In this document: positions 59,263 through 64,000 of the stretch, piece after piece
Layout: each line of letters begins with the position of its first letter
Position numbering within the stretch: position 1 is the stretch's first letter
Assembly (NCBI GenBank): GCA_017621475.1
Contig: JAGATA010000020.1
Coordinates: 10,948 to 74,947 of the forward strand
Direction: 5' to 3'
DNA length: 64,000 bases
From: Clostridia bacterium
GTDB taxonomy: Bacteria; Bacillota; Clostridia; Oscillospirales; CAG-272
Program-made: the position numbers and the translations under genes
The notes under the pieces: model-generated
Database searches by the model: none
Told to the model about the DNA's origin: nothing
Seen by the model: only the letters and a program-made list of their open reading frames with translations

Positions 59263-60693
59263 ATGTCGGGTGAAATGAACAATATTTCAATAACGGAAAC
59301 AAGATATCCGCTTTACAGAAAACCCGCGCCCGCACCCGATACGCACGACGGTATACTTCGTATGACCGCCACACATATCGAGTTTAAGGAAAGCGTGAAG
59401 ACCGCCGGCATTGTCGGCGCGGGCGGCGCAGGTTTCCCCGCTTATGCGAAGATCGCAGACGGCGTTGATACAATTCTTGTCAACGGCGCAGAATGTGAAT
59501 CCCTCCTTTATACGGACTACGTTCTTATGCGCGATGAACTTCGCAAAGTAGTGGAAGGTATAGATCACGTTGTTACGAATACAACGGCGAAAAAAGGTCT
59601 TCTTTGCGTAAAGGAGCATACGGGCAAGGAGCTTGGCTTCTTTGACGGGCAGAAGCTTTCCGAGCATACATTTGTGAAGTTTTTGCCGAACGTGTATCCT
59701 ATGGGCGATGAAGTCAGCCTTATTTATGAGGCTACGGGCAGAAGTATCAAGCCAGGCTCACTCCCCATCTCCGTGGGCGTTATAGTTTATAACGTGGAAA
59801 CGGTGTTTGATATAAGAGAAGCGCTCAAACACAGAATTGCAGTTACGCATAAATGGCTTACGGTTGGCGGAAACACGGAAAAGAGCTTTGTTGTCAGAGT
59901 GCCCGTGGGTATGTATGTTAAAGAGCTTCTTTCTTCCCTTGGCGTAAGCATGCCGAAGGGTAACGTGGTGCTTGACGGCGGCCCCGCTATGGGCAGAGTG
60001 ATAGATCACGAACGCGCCGCTGTTACAAAAACAACAAAATCGCTTCTTATACTTCCGGAAAGCTTGCCGATAATACAGAGCAAGCTGACATCTCTCGATG
60101 TGCAGGTGCGCCGCGGCACTTCCGCGTGCTGCCAATGCACAAGATGTACGGATCTTTGCCCCAGAAATCAGCTCGGTTATCCTTTGGAGCCGCACAAGCT
60201 CGTGCGCGCGGCACAGGGCGCAGGTATAGTTGACCCCAAAATATTCGCGACTGCAACGCTTTGCTGCGGATGCGGCATTTGCGAACACGCCGCGTGCGGT
60301 CAGGGTCTTTCCCCCAGAGCAATGATATTTAAGCTCAAGGATGACCTTGCAAAAAATAAGACAAGATGTATTTCCGACGAAACTATCTCTCCCAGAGATA
60401 CAAGAGATTACCGCCTTATTTCTAGCGAGCGTTGGAAAGAGATAATCGGCGTTTCCAAATATGAAAAGAAAGCCGAATTTATAGATAAAGATTTTGCCCC
60501 ATCCAAGGTAGAAATATCTATGAGAGGTCACATCGGCGCTCCCTCCGTTCCTTGCGTTGAGAAAGGGCAGATAGTTGCCTTGGGCGAAAAGATAGCGGAT
60601 GCGGCAGACGGACTTTCGCTTCCGCAGTACGCTTCCATCGCGGGCGTTTGCCGCCGCGTGGACAGCGATAAGATAATCATTGAAAGAATGTAA
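59263..60693 (+). CDS. pduS: PduS-like flavin/Fe-S oxidoreductase
   Basis: GIVGAGGAGFP, NGAECE, YPMGDE, GGPAMG, CCQCTRCTDLCPR. Confidence 0.9.
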   Translation: MSGEMNNISITETRYPLYRKPAPAPDTHDGILRMTATHIEFKESVKTAGIVGAGGAGFPAYAKIADGVDTILVNGAECESLLYTDYVLMRDELRKVVEGIDHVVTNTTAKKGLLCVKEHTGKELGFFDGQKLSEHTFVKFLPNVYPMGDEVSLIYEATGRSIKPGSLPISVGVIVYNVETVFDIREALKHRIAVTHKWLTVGGNTEKSFVVRVPVGMYVKELLSSLGVSMPKGNVVLDGGPAMGRVIDHERAAVTKTTKSLLILPESLPIIQSKLTSLDVQVRRGTSACCQCTRCTDLCPRNQLGYPLEPHKLVRAAQGAGIVDPKIFATATLCCGCGICEHAACGQGLSPRAMIFKLKDDLAKNKTRCISDETISPRDTRDYRLISSERWKEIIGVSKYEKKAEFIDKDFAPSKVEISMRGHIGAPSVPCVEKGQIVALGEKIADAADGLSLPQYASIAGVCRRVDSDKIIIERM

Positions 60694-60714
60694 AAGAAAG
60701 GGACAAACAGTAAT

Positions 60715-61260
60715 ATGTATCAGGCTGTAGGTATAATTGAGCTTAAAAGTATAGCTAAAGGCGTTGAAGCGTGTGACTCTGCTCTTAAAAGCGCAGGTAT
60801 CACACTCGTAAGCGCGCATCCGTCGTGTCCCGGAAAATATGAGATAATCATCACGGGGGCTATTGCCGATGTAAGCGCGGCTCTTTCCCACGTGAAAACG
60901 AGATTTGAAGGTACTATAATAGACTCCTCCGTTATGGGCAGAATAGACCCGCAGGTAATTACGGCGCTCTTTGGTACAGAGCCCATAAAGAAAAGCGGCT
61001 CTCTCGGCGTAATAGAAACTTACAGCGCCGCAAGCGCAATAAAGGCTGCGGATATTGCTGTTAAAACAGCGAAGGTGGATATATACGATCTTCGCGTTTC
61101 TCGCGGTATGGGCGGTAAGGGTCTTGTTATGGTTACGGGCGACGTTGGCGACGTAAATGCGGCTGTTGAAGCAGGCGCAGAGTATGCCGCGGGACTTGGT
61201 CTTCTCATGAACAAATCCATAATTGCCGCACCGCACAAAGAGCTTTGGGAACAAATTTGA
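60715..61260 (+). CDS. pduT: BMC-T shell protein (PduT-like)
   Basis: SCPGKY Cys motif; two BMC domains; GMGGKG. Confidence 0.88.
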   Translation: MYQAVGIIELKSIAKGVEACDSALKSAGITLVSAHPSCPGKYEIIITGAIADVSAALSHVKTRFEGTIIDSSVMGRIDPQVITALFGTEPIKKSGSLGVIETYSAASAIKAADIAVKTAKVDIYDLRVSRGMGGKGLVMVTGDVGDVNAAVEAGAEYAAGLGLLMNKSIIAAPHKELWEQI

Positions 61261-61280
61261 TTTGAGGCGGGGTAATTAAA

Positions 61281-63809
61281 ATGGAAAACATTAAATTTTG
61301 TATAGAGAAAAGCGCACGCATAGGTAAGCTTATAGAGGCGATGTACGAAAAATTGCCGGAGATCGAAGCGGACCGCGGCGTGCTTGTAACAGAAAGCTAC
61401 AAAGCGACGGAAGGGCTTCCGCTTATCAAGCGCAGAAGTGCGGCTTTCGCGCACATCCTGCGCAATATACCGATCGTTATCCGCGAAAACGAGCTTATCG
61501 CGGGAAGCACTACCGTGACACCCCGCGGCTGCCAGGTATTCCCCGAATATTCCTACGAATGGCTCGAAGCGGAGTTTGACACGGTCGCAACCAGAGAAGC
61601 AGACCCCTTCTACATATCCGAAGAAACAAAGCAAAGACTTCGCGAGGTTTATCCTTATTGGAAAGGTAAGACCGTTTCCGATCTTGCAAAAGCAAATATG
61701 GCTCCCGAAGCGTACGACGTATTTATGAACCACGGTATCTTCACCGTAGGCAATTACTTCTACAACGGCATAGGCCACGTTTGCGTTCAGTATGACAAAG
61801 TTATAAATTACGGCTACGAAGCTATAATAAACGAAGCCAAGGCAGAGCTTGCAAAGCTAAACTTCGGCGACGGAGATTACGTTACACGCAAAAACTTCCT
61901 TGATGCTGTTATCGAAAGCTGCGAAGCCGTTATAGAATATGCCCACCGTTACTCGCTTCTTGCAACAGAGCTTGCACAGAAAGAGCACGATATGGGCAGA
62001 AAGCTGGAGCTTATCCGTATCGCAAACGCTTGCGCTCACGTTCCCGAAAAGGGCGCGAGAAACTTCTTTGAAGCGTGCCAGTCCTTCTGGTTCGTTCAGA
62101 TGCTGTTGCAGGTTGAATCCAGCGGTCACTCAATATCCCCCGGACGTTTCGACCAGTATATGTATCCTTTCTATAAGAAGGATATTGATGACGGCGTTAT
62201 GTCCATTGAGGAAGCGCAGGAGCTTATCGACAATATCTGGGTAAAACTCAACGATATAAACAAAGTAAGAGACGCGGCAAGTGCAGAAGGTTTTGCAGGC
62301 TACGGTCTTTTCCAAAACCTTATCGTCGGCGGTCAGGATGAATACGGAATGGATGCGACGAACGATCTTTCCTATATGTGTATTGAAGCCTCCATCCACG
62401 TTTCTCTCCCTCAGCCCTCCCTTTCCATCCGCGTTTGGAACGGCTCTCCGAAATCCTTGCTCATCAAGGCGGCGTCACTGACAAGACTCGGCACGGGCGT
62501 TCCCGCATACTATAACGACGAAGTTATCATCCCCTCCATTATGGCACGCGGTCTTACGCTTGAAGACGCGCGCGATTACTGCATAATCGGTTGCGTTGAA
62601 CCTCAAAAGGCGGGCAAAACGGACGGCTGGCACGATGCGGCGTTCTTCAATATGTGCCGTCCGCTGGAGCTTGTTTTCTCAAACGGTTACGATAAGGGCA
62701 AGAAGATCGGCCCTGACACGGGCGACGTTCTTGAAATGAAGACGTTTGAAGAATTTTACGATGCTTACAAAAAGCAGGAAGCTTATATGATCTCCCTTAT
62801 GGTCAACGCGGATAACGCGGTCGATGCGGCGCACGCTATGCGTTGTCCTCTCCCGTTCCAATCCTGTATGGTTGACGATTGTATTTCACGCGGCAAATCC
62901 TTGCAGGAAGGGGGCGCTATCTATAACTTCACGGGTCCTCAGGGCTTCGGTATTGCAAACATGACGGACGCGCTTATCGCAGTTCGCGAGCTTGTTTTTG
63001 AAAAGAAGCTCGTTTCTATGGCGGAACTTAAAGAAGCGCTTGAGCATAACTACGGCAAGGGTCTTCGCGGCTATGATGCGGAGAAGCTTACCACGGAAAT
63101 TGCACAGAAGATAGTTGAAAGCGGAAATTCCCTTACCGAGGGTGACATCAAGGAGATTTACCGCGAAGTTACAACGGGCGAATACCTCACGGCAAGTACC
63201 AAAAAGAGATATGATGAAATTCTCGAGCTTATCGCAGGTCTTCCCAAATACGGTAACGATATAAGAGAAGCCGACCTCTTTGCAAGAGACGTGGCTTACA
63301 CATACACAAAAGAAGTTGAAAAATACAAGAACTACCGCGGCGGTCAGTATCAAGCGGGTCTTTATCCCGTTTCCGCAAACGTGCCGCTTGGTGCACAGAC
63401 GGGTGCTACGCCCGACGGCAGACTTGCATATACGCCTATTGCGGACGGTGTCGGTCCCGTTTCGGGAAGCGACAGAAGAGGTCCTACGGCGACAGCGAAC
63501 TCCGTTGCAAAGCTCGACCACGGCATTGCCTCCAACGGTACGCTTCTTAACCAGAAGTTCCACCCCAGTGCACTTGCAGGTATGGCGGGACTTGAAAAGT
63601 TCGTATCCCTTATCCGCGGTTATTTCGACCAGAAGGGTATGCACGTTCAGTTCAACGTAGTAAACCGCGAAACGCTTCTCGATGCGCAGAAGCATCCCGA
63701 AAACTACAAGAACCTTGTTGTTCGCGTTGCGGGCTACAGCGCACTTTTCACAACGCTTTCCCGTTCCTTGCAGGATGACATTATCAACAGAACAGAACAG
63801 GGATTTTAA
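61281..63809 (+). CDS. Glycyl-radical enzyme, 1,2-propanediol dehydratase-type
   Basis: GCVEP thiyl loop, RVAGYS glycyl loop, ESSGHS, GWHDAA, YPVSAN; internal EP-like insert. Confidence 0.88.
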   Translation: MENIKFCIEKSARIGKLIEAMYEKLPEIEADRGVLVTESYKATEGLPLIKRRSAAFAHILRNIPIVIRENELIAGSTTVTPRGCQVFPEYSYEWLEAEFDTVATREADPFYISEETKQRLREVYPYWKGKTVSDLAKANMAPEAYDVFMNHGIFTVGNYFYNGIGHVCVQYDKVINYGYEAIINEAKAELAKLNFGDGDYVTRKNFLDAVIESCEAVIEYAHRYSLLATELAQKEHDMGRKLELIRIANACAHVPEKGARNFFEACQSFWFVQMLLQVESSGHSISPGRFDQYMYPFYKKDIDDGVMSIEEAQELIDNIWVKLNDINKVRDAASAEGFAGYGLFQNLIVGGQDEYGMDATNDLSYMCIEASIHVSLPQPSLSIRVWNGSPKSLLIKAASLTRLGTGVPAYYNDEVIIPSIMARGLTLEDARDYCIIGCVEPQKAGKTDGWHDAAFFNMCRPLELVFSNGYDKGKKIGPDTGDVLEMKTFEEFYDAYKKQEAYMISLMVNADNAVDAAHAMRCPLPFQSCMVDDCISRGKSLQEGGAIYNFTGPQGFGIANMTDALIAVRELVFEKKLVSMAELKEALEHNYGKGLRGYDAEKLTTEIAQKIVESGNSLTEGDIKEIYREVTTGEYLTASTKKRYDEILELIAGLPKYGNDIREADLFARDVAYTYTKEVEKYKNYRGGQYQAGLYPVSANVPLGAQTGATPDGRLAYTPIADGVGPVSGSDRRGPTATANSVAKLDHGIASNGTLLNQKFHPSALAGMAGLEKFVSLIRGYFDQKGMHVQFNVVNRETLLDAQKHPENYKNLVVRVAGYSALFTTLSRSLQDDIINRTEQGF

Positions 63810-63812
63810 TAT

Positions 63813-63840
63813 GAAAACATAGCCGAAAGGCTATGTTTTC
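63813..63840 (+). terminator. Hairpin/terminator ending the BMC operon
   Basis: gaaaacatagcc-gaaa-ggctatgttttc. Confidence 0.75.
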
Positions 63841-63873
63841 GGCAACTTAATTATTTTAAAGAGGTATTTTACA

Positions 63874-64000
63874 ATGGATAACGAAAATGTGATCGTTCTT
63901 ATGGACGAAGAGGGCAACGAAGTTGAACTTGAAGTCCTTGATGAAATTGAATACGAAGGCAAAAAATACGGCGTGTTTATTTCTACGGATGAAAACGCAG
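63874..64000 (+). CDS. DUF1292 family protein (partial)
   Basis: MDNENVIVLMDEEGNEVELEVLDEIEYEGKKY; GAGGT RBS. Confidence 0.8.
   Translation, partial: MDNENVIVLMDEEGNEVELEVLDEIEYEGKKYGVFISTDENA

Noticed and set aside
63811-63822. ATG AAA ACA TAG after the GRE as an activase remnant
   Set aside because: Three codons inside the terminator arm; no homology evidence
1-64000. CRISPR array, prophage, retron or defence system
   Set aside because: No regularly spaced repeats and no cas, integrase, RT or phage structural genes recognised

Overview
Chromosomal segment of a Firmicutes anaerobe (Clostridia, probably Oscillospirales-like; this is inferred from gene content and order). The backbone is housekeeping genes: sfp-type PPTase, murI, prmC, secG, rpsF-ssb-rpsR with the S6:S18 leader, nfeD-SPFH, folD-lgt-ymfH/F, tRNA-Leu(TAG), spoVB-like flippase, yggS-sepF-yggT-divIVA-lspA-rluD, miaA, queA and trkAH. 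A GntR-containing Re-citrate synthase/aconitase/isocitrate dehydrogenase operon lies divergent from a ~13 kb glycyl-radical bacterial microcompartment locus. That locus is GRM5-like (fucose/rhamnose to propanediol to propionate/propanol), but it is headed by an RpiR repressor with two visible operators and has no GRE-activating enzyme in the locus. The backbone is interrupted by small accessory inserts: an intact ISAs1 element next to the tRNA, a one-gene cassette bounded by a duplication of the queA 3' end, orphan lipoproteins (two decayed), a HEXXH secreted protease islet, two solo XRE genes with outward-facing promoter/operator switches, a GH2 pseudogene and two families of REP-like palindromic repeats. 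No CRISPR array or rRNA gene was seen.
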